A DNA stretch of 64,000 nucleotides from an uncultured Actinomycetota bacterium (lineage in GTDB: Bacteria > Actinomycetota > Actinomycetes > JAHEKZ01): contig CAVQYR010000001.1 of the NCBI GenBank assembly GCA_963718235.1, positions 1,920,001-1,984,000 on the forward strand, in the 5' to 3' direction. The number at the start of each line of letters is the position of its first letter. The stretch's first letter is position 1. Below are positions 1-12,218 of this stretch, one piece after another. The translations under genes and the position numbers were made by a program. Under the pieces are notes generated by a model. It was given only the letters and a program-made list of their open reading frames with translations, was not told where the DNA came from and did not search any database.

Positions 1-858
1 GAGGGAATTCGCTTCGGACTGGTCATCGCGTTGGCCGCAGTCGGGCTGTCCCTCATCTACGGGACGACCGGACTCACCAACTTCGCCCACGGTGAGATCG
101 TCACCTTCGGCGCCATCATCACCTGGTGGCTCAACATCACTGTGGGCCTACCGTTCCTGGTTGCCGCTCTGTTGGGCGTCGTTCTTTCCGGCGGATTCGG
201 GTTCCTGAACGACCGGGGTCTGTGGAAACCTCTGCGCAAACGCCAGACAGGCTTGATCGCGATGATGATCGTGTCGATCGGACTGGCTCTGGCGCTGCAG
301 AACATCTACCTGATCTTCTTCGGCGGCGCGAGCCGACCCTTCGCTGCCTATGAGACCCAGGCGGGCATCGAGCTCGGCCCGGTGAGCCTCACCCCCAAGG
401 ACATGGCCGCCATGGTGATCGCCGTCGTCGTACTGACGCTGGCCGGTCTGGCCCTGCTCAAGACGAGGCTGGGCAAGGCGACCAGGGCCGTCTCCGACAA
501 CCCGGCGCTCGCCGCATCCAGCGGCATCGACGTCGAGCGGGTGATCCTGGTCGTCTGGATCGTCGGGGCAGCGCTCGCCGGTCTGGGCGGGATCCTGCAG
601 GGCCTCACGCAGCAGGTCTTTCCGCTGCTCGGGGCCCAGAGCCTGCTGCTGATCTTTGCTGCGGTCACCCTCGGTGGACTGGGAACAGCCTTCGGCGCAC
701 TTGTCGGGAGCCTCCTGGTCGGCCTGTTCATCAACCTTTCGACGCTCATACCCGGCATGACGCCAGAACTGAAGAACGTCGGAGCCCTGCTCCTGCTCAT
801 CGTCGTGCTCATGGTTCGGCCACAGGGGATCCTGGGTCGACGAAGCCGGGTCGGCTGA
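1..858 (+). CDS. livH: Branched-chain amino acid ABC transporter permease (5'-truncated by window)
   Basis: Frame open from base 1; GLSLIYGTTGLTNFAHGE and LGKATRAVSDNPALA motifs; hydrophobic. Confidence 0.9.
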   Translation, partial: EGIRFGLVIALAAVGLSLIYGTTGLTNFAHGEIVTFGAIITWWLNITVGLPFLVAALLGVVLSGGFGFLNDRGLWKPLRKRQTGLIAMMIVSIGLALALQNIYLIFFGGASRPFAAYETQAGIELGPVSLTPKDMAAMVIAVVVLTLAGLALLKTRLGKATRAVSDNPALAASSGIDVERVILVVWIVGAALAGLGGILQGLTQQVFPLLGAQSLLLIFAAVTLGGLGTAFGALVGSLLVGLFINLSTLIPGMTPELKNVGALLLLIVVLMVRPQGILGRRSRVG

Positions 859-868
859 GGAGACCACC

Positions 869-1858
869 ATGGACTGGGATTTCATCTTCACCGCATCGGT
901 CTCGTACGCGTTGGGGGCCGTGACCGTGGCCTACTGCCTCGCCGCCATCGGTCTCAACATGCAGTTCGGCTACACCGGACTCCTCAACTTCGGACAGGCA
1001 GCCTTCCTGGCTGCTGCCGGGTACGGCATGGCTGTCATCGTCACCACATTCGAGCTGCCGTTCTGGGTTGGTCTGTTCGTCGGTCTGCTCGCCACGCTCG
1101 GCCTCGCCCTGCTGCTCGGGCTCCCGACCCTGCGACTGCGCGCGGACTACCTCGCGATCGTCACGATCGCCGCCGCCGAAGTCGTCCGGCTCATCGTGCG
1201 ATCGGTGAAGTTCAAGGAGACTTTCGGCGGCTCGGACGGCCTGCAGCAGTTCGCCGACCAGTTCTACGACCTGAGCCCGCTGCCCGACACGTTCCGGATC
1301 AACTTCGGACCGTTTCTCTTCAGCAACCAAGAGCTCTGGGTCATGATCGTCGGCTGGTCCCTGGTCGGGGTCTTCTCGTTGGTCAGCTTCCTGCTGGTCC
1401 GCAGTCCCTGGGGGCGCATCCTCAAGGGCATCCGTGAGGACGAGGACGCTGTGCGCAGCCTCGGCAAGAACGTCTACTGGTACAAGATGCAGGCGCTCAT
1501 GCTCGGAGCGGCGATGGCCGGGTTCGGTGGGTTCATCATCGGGATCTTCTTCAACGCCGTTTCACCTGACATCTACGCCACTGCCCTCACCTTCGCCATC
1601 TACACGATCTTGATCCTGGGCGGCGCCGCGCGCATTGCTGGGCCAATCCTGGGAGCCATCCTGTTCGGGTTCATCTTCCAGTTCGTGTCGGTGGTCCTGA
1701 ACGAGGCTGTCGCCGCCGACTACATCCAGTTCCTCGACAGCAGCCAGACAGCGCAGGTACGACTCGTGCTCGTCGGGGTGGGACTCATGGTCCTGATGAT
1801 CTTCCGTCCACAAGGGATCCTCGGAGACCGGAGGGAGATCGCACTCGATGCCCGCTGA
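869..1858 (+). CDS. livM: Branched-chain amino acid ABC transporter permease
   Basis: GYTGLLNFGQAAF, LRLRADYLAIVT, SPWGRILKGIREDE motifs; RBS gaggag. Confidence 0.9.
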   Translation: MDWDFIFTASVSYALGAVTVAYCLAAIGLNMQFGYTGLLNFGQAAFLAAAGYGMAVIVTTFELPFWVGLFVGLLATLGLALLLGLPTLRLRADYLAIVTIAAAEVVRLIVRSVKFKETFGGSDGLQQFADQFYDLSPLPDTFRINFGPFLFSNQELWVMIVGWSLVGVFSLVSFLLVRSPWGRILKGIREDEDAVRSLGKNVYWYKMQALMLGAAMAGFGGFIIGIFFNAVSPDIYATALTFAIYTILILGGAARIAGPILGAILFGFIFQFVSVVLNEAVAADYIQFLDSSQTAQVRLVLVGVGLMVLMIFRPQGILGDRREIALDAR

Positions 1859-2807
1859 AACCCCCACGCCGCCTGACGTGATGACGACGCGCAAGGAGGC
1901 GGCCACGGCTGCCCTCGCCGACGTCGCCCGAGAACCCGGCGCCGCGAAGCCCGACCCGGTGCTCGTCGCCGACGGCGTCGTCCGCCGCTTCGGCGGTCTG
2001 ACCGCTGTCAACGTCGACCACGTAGAGATCCAGCGTGGCGCCATCACCGCACTGATCGGACCCAACGGTGCCGGCAAGACCACGTTCTTCAACCTGCTGA
2101 CTGGATTCGACAAGACCGACAAGGGCTCCTGGTGGTTCAACAACACGTCCTTGAACGGTGTCCCACCCTTCAAGGTCGCACGGATGGGCATGGTGCGCAC
2201 GTTCCAGCTCACCAAAGTCCTCTCCAAGCTCACGGTGATCGAGAACATGCGCCTTGGGGCCACCGGTCAACGGGGCGAGCGGCTCTTCTTCGGCCTCATC
2301 CCCCCGCTGTGGCGCAGTCAGGAACGCTCGATCACACAGCGGGCTGACGACCTCCTCGCTCGCTTCCAGCTCGACACCAAGCGCGAGGACTTCGCGGGCT
2401 CGCTGTCAGGGGGTCAGCGCAAGTTGCTCGAGATGGCCCGCGCACTCATGGTCGAGCCGGAGCTGGTGATGCTGGACGAGCCCATGGCCGGCGTCAACCC
2501 CGCGCTCACCCAGTCGCTGCTCGGACACGTCAAGGACCTCCGCGAGCAGGGCATGACGGTCCTGTTCGTCGAGCACGACATGGACATGGTGCGGGACATC
2601 TCCGACTGGGTCATCGTCATGGCGCAGGGTGCCGTGATCGCCGAGGGACCGCCCCTGGAGGTCATGGCCGACCAGCGGGTCATCGACGCCTACCTCGGCG
2701 CCCATCACGACCTCTCACTGGCCGAGATCGTCCAGGAGGAGGGGATCGATGCCCCTGAGATCCTCAGCAGCGAGAGCCCGCCCTCGAGCTCGAAGGATGC
2801 GACGTGA
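1848..2807 (+). CDS. livG: ABC transporter ATP-binding protein (start uncertain)
   Basis: GPNGAGKTT, LSGGQ, MLDEPMAG, C-terminal VIDAYLG. Confidence 0.9.
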   Translation: MPAETPTPPDVMTTRKEAATAALADVAREPGAAKPDPVLVADGVVRRFGGLTAVNVDHVEIQRGAITALIGPNGAGKTTFFNLLTGFDKTDKGSWWFNNTSLNGVPPFKVARMGMVRTFQLTKVLSKLTVIENMRLGATGQRGERLFFGLIPPLWRSQERSITQRADDLLARFQLDTKREDFAGSLSGGQRKLLEMARALMVEPELVMLDEPMAGVNPALTQSLLGHVKDLREQGMTVLFVEHDMDMVRDISDWVIVMAQGAVIAEGPPLEVMADQRVIDAYLGAHHDLSLAEIVQEEGIDAPEILSSESPPSSSKDAT

Positions 2808-3640
2808 GCGAACTCACTCCCACCCCCGGCGAGAAGAACCGCGAGGAGTCCGGGCTGCTTCAGGACCGTGACGCCCCTCGCGAGATCGTCGACCGCTCAG
2901 CCCACCTGTCCGGTGCCAGCGACTCGCTGGTAGTCGCTGACGACCTCATCGCCGGCTACCTCCCAGGGGTCAACATCCTCAACGGGTGCGACCTCTACGC
3001 CAAGCGCGGCGAGCTGGTGGGCATCATCGGACCGAACGGGGCCGGGAAGTCCACACTGCTCAAGGCGCTCTTCGGCCTGGTGGACGTCCGGTCCGGCATG
3101 GTGACGCTGGACGGCCAGGACATCACCAACGTGAAGCCGAACAAGCTGGTCAGCCAGGGCATTGGGTTCGTCCCCCAGACGAACAACGTCTTCCCGAGCC
3201 TGACCATCGAGGAGAACCTGCAGATGGGAGCGTTCCAGGCTCCGTCGAAGTTCAAGGAGCGCTTCGAGTTCGTCTCCTCGCTGTTCCCGGCACTCGCCGA
3301 CCGTCGCAAGCAGCCCGCCGGCTCACTGTCCGGAGGCGAACGTCAGATGGTCGCCATGAGCCGAGCACTGATGATGGACCCTTCGGTGATCCTGCTCGAC
3401 GAGCCGTCTGCCGGCCTCTCCCCCGTCCTCCAGGACGACGTTTTCATCCGCACCAAGCAGATCAACGCCGCGGGCGTCACTGTCATCATGGTGGAGCAGA
3501 ATGCGAGCCGCTGCCTGCAGATCTGCGACCGCGGGTACGTGCTCGACCAGGGCCGCAACGCCTACACCGGCACAGGTGCCGCGCTGCTCAAGGATCCCAA
3601 GGTGATCGAGCTGTACCTCGGCACCCTCACCCAGGTCTGA
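2804..3640 (+). CDS. livF: ABC transporter ATP-binding protein
   Basis: GPNGAGKST, LSGGERQMVA, LLDEPSAGLSP, VIELYLG. Confidence 0.9.
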   Translation: MSELTPTPGEKNREESGLLQDRDAPREIVDRSAHLSGASDSLVVADDLIAGYLPGVNILNGCDLYAKRGELVGIIGPNGAGKSTLLKALFGLVDVRSGMVTLDGQDITNVKPNKLVSQGIGFVPQTNNVFPSLTIEENLQMGAFQAPSKFKERFEFVSSLFPALADRRKQPAGSLSGGERQMVAMSRALMMDPSVILLDEPSAGLSPVLQDDVFIRTKQINAAGVTVIMVEQNASRCLQICDRGYVLDQGRNAYTGTGAALLKDPKVIELYLGTLTQV

Positions 3641-3694
3641 CGACCAGACCGAGGCCCAGCCGCGCTCGCGCTCCCGTCTCCCCAGCTGATCGTG

Positions 3695-3729
3695 CAGAAG
3701 GGGCCCGGCATCACGCCGGGCCCCTTCTG
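3695..3729. terminator. Likely bidirectional terminator hairpin
   Basis: Perfect 15-bp stem cagaaggggcccggc / gccgggccccttctg with 5-nt loop, between convergent genes. Confidence 0.8.
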
Positions 3730-3744
3730 TCAGCACCTACTTGA

Positions 3745-5112
3745 TCACTCGCTGTTCGGGCCGATGCCCTGCTTGACCAGCTCGTCGACCACCTTCGCCG
3801 ACTCGTCAAAGCCGATGAGGACGATCGCGTCCGGGTCGAGGGCCTTGATCTTGCTGACCTCGGCGCTGAACGACTGCGCAGTCGGGTCGTAGAAGATCGC
3901 CTGCTCCTCGGTGTCCTCCTCGGTCACCATGTTGCCGCCGCCCTCTTCGAACGGGAGGGTGGTGTACTTCGCCAGGCCCTCACCATAGGCATCCTGCAAC
4001 GACAGGATCGCGACGTTGGTGCGACCGTCCTCGAGCATGAGGTTCGCGAGGATGCGCCCCTGCAGCACGTCCGAGGGCGCCACGCGCCACAACAGTCCGC
4101 CGTCCTTGACGGTGGTCAGGTCCGGAGATGTCGCCGCGGGCGACATCTGCAGAATGCCCGCATCAGTCACCAGCTTCACGGTGTTCAGGGTCACGCTGGA
4201 GGATGCCGCGCCGACAATCGCATCGACGCCCTTGGCAATGTGCCCCTGAATGGTCTGCGTCCCCTTCTCGAAGTTGGAGGAGTCGCTGGAGTCACCCGGG
4301 AACCACTTGACGTCCTTACCGAGCACCCCGCCCGCTGCGTTGATCTCCTGGATCGCCAGCTCGACACCCGCCACCTCGGGCGCATAGAGGGAGGCAAGCG
4401 AACCCGTCAGAGGAAGGTAGCCACCGATCTGCAGCTGGCCGTCCGCACCGTCGTTGATCTTGTCGGTGAACGCGGGGGGTGTCCCTTCGGTCGGGGGAAT
4501 GCTGTCATCGATGTAGGTGATCGCCTCGCCCTCGGTGTTGTATCCAGGCACCGTGTTGTTGGCGTCGTACTGGTAGATGCCGATGGAGGCCGATGTCGGG
4601 TCACCGAAGGCGTCGTGCTCGATCGGGCCGGACACGCCGTCGTAGTCGATGTCCTCGCCTTGGGCGATCAGCTCGTTGCACTCGGCGAAGGTCGTGCACT
4701 TGGTGCCGTTGAGCGTGGTCTCCTGCATCTGCTTCGCCATGTCGGAGCCAGCGTCGGACTTCGCCGCTTGGGCGGCCAGTGCGATGGTGATCACGGAGTC
4801 ATACGACTCGGGTCCGTACGAGTAGCCGATCGTGGGAAGCTCCGGGTCTACCTCGTTGAGCCGCTCCTTGAAGTCCGCGTCGATCTCCGCACCGGGGAGG
4901 GTTCCCTTGACGCCTTCCATGGTGCCGGGCTGCAGCTCACCCAGGGGGCCGTTGCCGATGTTGCCATCGACGACGTAGAGCGCCGTTCCGGACTCAGCGG
5001 CGGCGGACGGGCTGTCGCCGCCGTCACCTGAGTCACTGCCGCAGGCGGCCAGCGCGACGCCGGCCACTCCGGCCACGGCGACCAGGCGCCATGTGGGGTT
5101 GGGTCGAATCAT
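3745..5112 (-). CDS. ABC substrate-binding lipoprotein, LivK/LivJ-like, apparently circularly permuted
   Basis: Lipobox LAAC; RBS aaggag before ATG 5112; IGGYLPLTGSLA / EINAAGGVLG / AIVGAASS motifs lie mid-protein. Confidence 0.85.
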   Translation of the reverse strand: MIRPNPTWRLVAVAGVAGVALAACGSDSGDGGDSPSAAAESGTALYVVDGNIGNGPLGELQPGTMEGVKGTLPGAEIDADFKERLNEVDPELPTIGYSYGPESYDSVITIALAAQAAKSDAGSDMAKQMQETTLNGTKCTTFAECNELIAQGEDIDYDGVSGPIEHDAFGDPTSASIGIYQYDANNTVPGYNTEGEAITYIDDSIPPTEGTPPAFTDKINDGADGQLQIGGYLPLTGSLASLYAPEVAGVELAIQEINAAGGVLGKDVKWFPGDSSDSSNFEKGTQTIQGHIAKGVDAIVGAASSSVTLNTVKLVTDAGILQMSPAATSPDLTTVKDGGLLWRVAPSDVLQGRILANLMLEDGRTNVAILSLQDAYGEGLAKYTTLPFEEGGGNMVTEEDTEEQAIFYDPTAQSFSAEVSKIKALDPDAIVLIGFDESAKVVDELVKQGIGPNSE

Positions 5113-5290
5113 GCATCTCTCCTTGGTACCAGGACGGTTCGCCGCGGCGTCCCGCGACGATCGGATGCCCTGAAACCTAGCCAGGATCTGGGGCCCGTAC
5201 GGCACCTCCAGGCCGAGTCGCACTCAGGTCGTTGTGGCTTCGTGACCTAGGTTCCCTGCCACTGAGGCGCCGCCCTAGACTTCTGGACCT

Positions 5291-5375
5291 GCCCCGGTGT
5301 CGGAACAGGTAGACGAGGCGGTCTCAAACACCGCTGCTGAAAGGCATGAGGGTTCGAGTCCCTCCCGGGGCACCA
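5291..5375 (+). tRNA. tRNA-Leu(CAA)
   Basis: Acceptor gccccgg/ccggggc + ACCA; anticodon arm gcggt-ctCAAac-accgc; long variable arm; T-loop ggttcgagtccc. Confidence 0.93.
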
Positions 5376-5440
5376 ACCGTTGTCACCGCATCTGGTGGTC
5401 CATCTACCGCGCTGAGCGCGGGAACGTGACCACGAGACGA

Positions 5441-5851
5441 TCAGGAGGCCAGGGTCGGCTTGACCTCCAGGATGCGCCCGAGCAGCCCGTTGACGAACCC
5501 CGGTGACTCATCGGTCGACAGCTCCTTGACGATCTCGACCGCCTCGTCGACCACCACCGCATCGGGGACGTCGTCGCAGTAGAGCAGCTCGAAGACGCCG
5601 AGGCGAAGGACTGCGCGGTCCACTGCGGGCATCCGGTCCAGTGGCCAGTCGACGGCGTAGGTGCTGATCAGCTCGTCGATCCGCTCCTGCGATGCCACCA
5701 CTCCTTCGACCAGCTCGGCCGTGTAGGGGTTGGTGGGGCCACTCGCCCGAGAGGTTCGTTCGGTGAGCACCTGGAGTGGTGGAACCTGGCGTTGGTCGGC
5801 CTCGAACAGGACGTCCACCGCCCGCTTGCGTGCCTTGCTGCGGGCCCCCAC
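5441..5851 (-). CDS. nusB: Transcription antitermination factor NusB
   Basis: ARSKARKRA, DRAVLRLG, FVNGLLG; follows efp. Confidence 0.95.
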   Translation of the reverse strand: MGARSKARKRAVDVLFEADQRQVPPLQVLTERTSRASGPTNPYTAELVEGVVASQERIDELISTYAVDWPLDRMPAVDRAVLRLGVFELLYCDDVPDAVVVDEAVEIVKELSTDESPGFVNGLLGRILEVKPTLAS

Positions 5852-5852
5852 G

Positions 5853-6413
5853 TCAGTTCGCGCGACCCAGGTAGCTGCCGTCGCGGGTGTCGACCTTGAC
5901 CTTCTCGCCCTGGGTGATGAACAGCGGGACGGCGATCTCGTATCCGGTCTCCAGGGTGGCCGGTTTGGTTCCGCCGGTCGACCGGTCGCCCTGCAGCCCT
6001 GGCTCGGTGTAGGTGATGGTCAGCTCGACCGAGGCCGGGAGCTCCACGTACAGCGGAACACCCTCGTGGACGGCGATGACGGCGTCCTGGTTCTCCAGCA
6101 TGAAGTTCTTCGCGTCCCCGACGGTCTGCTGTGGCACGTTGATCTGGTCGTAGGTCTGGGTGTCCATGAACACCAGGTCGGTGCCGTCGGAGTACAGGTA
6201 CTGCATCTCGCGCTTGTCCACGTTGGCGGTCTCGACCTTGACGCCGGCGTTGAAGGTGCGGTCGACGACCTTGCCCGAGAGGACGTTCTTCAGCTTGGTG
6301 CGCACGAAGGCGCCGCCCTTGCCGGGCTTCACGTGCTGGAACTCCACGACGGTCCACAGCTGACCGTCGATGTTGAGGACCAAGCCGTTCTTCAGGTCGT
6401 TCGTGGTGGCCAC
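5853..6413 (-). CDS. efp: Elongation factor P
   Basis: GTG start ATTNDLKNG; [16 protein letters not shown]; KPATLETG. Confidence 0.97.
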   Translation of the reverse strand: MATTNDLKNGLVLNIDGQLWTVVEFQHVKPGKGGAFVRTKLKNVLSGKVVDRTFNAGVKVETANVDKREMQYLYSDGTDLVFMDTQTYDQINVPQQTVGDAKNFMLENQDAVIAVHEGVPLYVELPASVELTITYTEPGLQGDRSTGGTKPATLETGYEIAVPLFITQGEKVKVDTRDGSYLGRAN

Positions 6414-6450
6414 GGCGTCTGTCTCCTGGTCGTGGTGCCGGCGCCGGCCC

Positions 6451-7529
6451 TCAGCCGAGGACCAGCAGCTCGCGGGTGGTGGTCGTGAGCAGCTCCGGTG
6501 TCCGGCGCCGCACGACGAGGGTGTCCTCGATGCGGATACCACCACGTCCGGGGAGGTACACCCCCGGCTCGACGGTGACCGGAACGCTCTCCGCGAGTCT
6601 ATCCGCGCTGGTGGGGCCGAGGAACGGTGCCTCGTGGATCTCCAGACCGACGCCGTGCCCCAAGCCGTGCGTGAAGTGCTCGGCGAGCCCCGCCTCCTGG
6701 AGCACGGCGCGGGCGGCTTCGTCCACCTCCACCGCGCTGGCTCCCGGTGCGAGAGCCTCGCGCCCTGCCCGCTGGGCCGCGGCGACCGCCAGGTAGATCT
6801 CCTGCTGCCAGTCGGTCGGGGGTCCGCCGAGCACGAAGCTCCGGGTCATGTCTGCGTGGTACCCCCCGTAGAGAGCGCCGAAGTCGATCTTCAGCAGGTC
6901 GCCCTTGCCCAGAGGACGATCGGTCGGGCTGTGGTGCGGGATGGCGCTGTTCGGGCCGGATGCGACGATCGTCTCGAAGCTGACCGACTCCGCACCGGCC
7001 TCCAGCATGAGCCAGTCGAGTCGACGGGCCACCTCCCGCTCGGTCTGCCCCACGGCGATGTCGGGCAGCAGCTCGGCCAGGGCGCGGTCTGAGATCGCGC
7101 ACGCCTCCCTCAGCAGCGCGAGCTCACCGTCGTCCTTGACCTGCCTGAGGTCGCGCAGGGCGTCGCCGAGCCGGGCCAGCCGGGCAGCCGTCGCCTCCCT
7201 CAGCCGGTCGTGCAGCGCGACCGAGACGTCGTCGGCCTGGAAGCCGAGGCTCGAGCTCGGTGCGACCGACGACGCGAGGTCGAGCGCGACCTCTCGGGTG
7301 ATCACGGCCGGCAGGTCCGGCACCTGCTCGCCGACCTGGTCGCGGTAGCGGCCGTCGGTGGCCACGGTCGCCGCCCCGTCGGACCGGACCAGCACGGCAC
7401 CGTTCGACCCGGTGAAGCCGGTGAGGTAGCGGACGTCGACGAGCCGGGTCACCAGCGCGGCGTCCAGGTCGTGATCGGCGAGCCAGGCGGCCAGCCGTCG
7501 CCGTCGTGCCTCCGGTCCCGCCTCGATCG

Positions 7530-7533
<4 letters not shown>
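6451..7533 (-). CDS. pepQ: Xaa-Pro peptidase (M24 family)
   Basis: [44 protein letters not shown]; TTG start overlapping aroQ stop. Confidence 0.88.
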
Positions 7534-9610
<2,077 letters not shown>

Positions 9611-9614
<4 letters not shown>

Positions 9615-10789
9615 CGCACGGTCAGCCGGTCGAGGTACCCGTTGACGTTGTGACGGCTCTCCGCGACGGAGTCTCCGCCGAACTTCTCCAGCATCGCGTC
9701 GGCCAGGACGAGCGCGACCATCGCCTCGGCGACGATGCCGGCCGCGGGTACGGCACACACGTCGGAGCGCTGGTTGATGGCTTTGGCCGGCTCCCCCGTG
9801 CTGACGTCGACCGTGGCCAGGGCTCTGGGGACGGTGGAGATCGGCTTCATCGCCGCCCTGACCCGCAGCTGCTCCCCGGTCGACATCCCGCCCTCGATGC
9901 CCCCCGAACGTCCGCTCGCTCGCCGGATGCCGTCCGCAGTGTTCACGATCTCGTCGTGGGCCACCGAGCCGGTCACTGCCGCCAGCTCGAAACCGTCACC
10001 CACCTCGACCCCCTTGATGGCCTGGATCCCCATCAGCGCGGCGGCCATCCGTGCGTCGAGGCGCCGGTCCCAGTGAACATGGCTGCCCAGACCCGGTGGC
10101 AGCCCGTCGACCACGACCTCCACGACCCCGCCCAGGGTGTCGCCGGCCCGACGTGCCTGCTCGATGGCCTCGACCATGGCCGCGCTCGCCGCACCGTCGA
10201 GGCAGCGGACCGGGTCGGCGTCCAGAGCAGCGACATCGGACTGCGCCGGGACGACGCCGCTGGGGGCCGACGCGGCACCGATCCGCACCACGTGGCTGAC
10301 GACGCCGATGTCGGCGACCTGGCGCAGGAAGGCCGTGGCCACCGCGCCGAGGGCCACTCGAGCCGCCGTCTCTCGTGCGCTGGCCCGCTCGAGCACCGGC
10401 CGCGCATCGTCGAAGCCGTACTTCTGCATGCCCACCAGGTCGGCGTGTCCTGGGCGTGGGCGGGTCAGCGGGGCGTTGCGGGCCTGGTCGGCGAGCACCT
10501 CTTCGGGCACGGGGTCGGCGGACATCACCGTCTCCCACTTGGGCCACTCGCTGTTGCCGACCTCGATCGCCACCGGTGAGCCGATCGTCAGGCCGTGGCG
10601 CACGCCGCCGAGGATGCGGACCTCGTCGCGCTCGAAGGACATCCGGGCCCCGCGCCCATGCCCGAGCCGACGTCGGGCCAGCGCCTCGGCCACACCGTCG
10701 GTCGTGACCTCGACCCCCGCGGGCAGGCCCTCGAGGACCGCCACGAGAGCGGGTCCGTGCGACTCACCTGCCGTCAGCCAACGAAGCAT
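9611..10789 (-). CDS. aroC: Chorismate synthase
   Basis: [44 protein letters not shown]. Confidence 0.97.
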
Positions 10790-10819
10790 GGGGTGCAGTC
10801 TCCCAAATGCCCCGGACGC

Positions 10820-10857
10820 GCCGGTGCCCGCTCCCCCTCAGGGGAGCGGGCACCGGC
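10820..10857 (-). terminator. Hairpin ending the pilus locus, upstream of aroC
   Basis: 17-bp stem gccggtgcccgctcccc / ggggagcgggcaccggc with 4-nt loop. Confidence 0.75.
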
Positions 10858-10881
10858 GTCCGTGCGATGGTCGGTGCGGGG

Positions 10882-11535
10882 TCAGCTCCAGTACAGCGTG
10901 ACCGAGTCGCCCTCGATCAGATCGACGATCGAGCCGCTGCCCAGCCGGATCGAGACGTACGCGCCGCTCTTGTCACTGCCGATCCCGACGACCTCGAACT
11001 GGACGACGGCACCCTTCGGGAGCAGGTCACCCTTCTTGACTCCGCGGAACACGTCGCCGTTCACCGTCAGCGTGGCCGTCTTCTTGGCTGTGTCCACCGA
11101 GGTGGCCGTGACCTTGTAGCTGGTGACGGCCGTGTCGGTCGGAGCTGGTGTCGGCGTGGGTGTCGGGTTGGTCGACGTGTCGGTCGGCTGAGTCGTGGGG
11201 AGGGGTGACTCCTCCACGACCGGTACCTCCTCGGCCGCCAGCGGCTCGAACGGGTCGGTACCGACCTCGTCGTCGAACGTCGCCGGAAGCGTCTGCGCCT
11301 TCTTGGGCCCGGGGGTGGGCTCGGCCGAGGTGGTCGGCCGAGGGGTGACCACGAGGGCAGCTCCCTCGTCGTCCCCACCACCGGAGAAGAACAGCACGTA
11401 GGCGACCCCGAGCACGACCACGGCGGCCACGGCGGCTGCCACGATCACGAGCACACGGCGGTTCGAGCTGCCGCTGCCGGCGTCATCAGCGCTGAAGTCC
11501 GGCGGAGTCTCCACCGTCTGGTTGGTGTCGGACAT
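10882..11535 (-). CDS. Membrane-anchored pilus-associated hypothetical protein (pilP position)
   Basis: One TM helix, DPFEPL motif, Thr/Pro linker, beta-rich C-terminus; follows pilO. Confidence 0.7.
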   Translation of the reverse strand: MSDTNQTVETPPDFSADDAGSGSSNRRVLVIVAAAVAAVVVLGVAYVLFFSGGGDDEGAALVVTPRPTTSAEPTPGPKKAQTLPATFDDEVGTDPFEPLAAEEVPVVEESPLPTTQPTDTSTNPTPTPTPAPTDTAVTSYKVTATSVDTAKKTATLTVNGDVFRGVKKGDLLPKGAVVQFEVVGIGSDKSGAYVSIRLGSGSIVDLIEGDSVTLYWS

Positions 11536-11545
11536 CGCAGATCTC

Positions 11546-12217
11546 CTACTGGGCCGGGGTGGTCGTCGGGGTGGTGGCTGCGGTCGCGTCGGTCGGAGTG
11601 ACGACCTCAGCCGGCGGCACGAGGAACACCTGGGCGGTGATCGTCGCGCTGAGGACGGACGCGTCAGCGCTGTCCTCCGTGGTCGTGGTCGTCGCCGAAC
11701 CGTCGGTCGGCGTGTCGGTCAGGTCGGACTTGTTGACCAGAAGCGCCCGAGGCATGTTCTCGACCTCGTTGAAGAACTGCTGCAGCTCGAAGTAGCCGCC
11801 AGTGGCGACGATCCCCAGCGTGATGGCGTTGAGCGCGCCGGCGGTGTCCGTCACTGTCGTTCCAGGCGTCACCCCGACCACCGCGGGGGCTGACGGCGTC
11901 AGGGAGACGAGGTTCACCCCAGCCTGGTCAGCGGCCTCGGAGAGCTGCCGGATGAGCGTGGGCAGCTGCGGGTCGGAGGGGATCTTGGTCTCCAGCCGAG
12001 CCAGCTTCGCCTGCATCTCCGGAAGGTCCTTGCTCTGTGCCTTCAGCACCGAGATCTGGGTCTCCAGCTGAGCGTTCGCCGCGATCTGGGCATCGGTCTG
12101 GGTAGTGAGGTCTGCCGCGGCCGCCTTCTTGGGCGACACCAGCAGGAACCACGATCCGATGAGCAGGGCGGCCACGAGAACGGCCGTGCCCAGAGCCCAC
12201 TTTCGGGTCTCGGTCAT
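11546..12217 (-). CDS. pilO: Type IV pilus alignment protein PilO
   Basis: TM + coiled coil, IPSDPQLPTLIRQL, GGYFELQQFFNEVENMPR. Confidence 0.85.
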   Translation of the reverse strand: MTETRKWALGTAVLVAALLIGSWFLLVSPKKAAAADLTTQTDAQIAANAQLETQISVLKAQSKDLPEMQAKLARLETKIPSDPQLPTLIRQLSEAADQAGVNLVSLTPSAPAVVGVTPGTTVTDTAGALNAITLGIVATGGYFELQQFFNEVENMPRALLVNKSDLTDTPTDGSATTTTTEDSADASVLSATITAQVFLVPPAEVVTPTDATAATTPTTTPAQ

Positions 12218-12218
12218 G

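Noticed and set aside
5291-5375. bldA-type tRNA-Leu
   Set aside because: The anticodon is CAA, not UAA.
5291-5440. tRNA as an integration site for an island or prophage
   Set aside because: No integrase or duplicated tRNA 3' end was seen, and the flanks are housekeeping genes.
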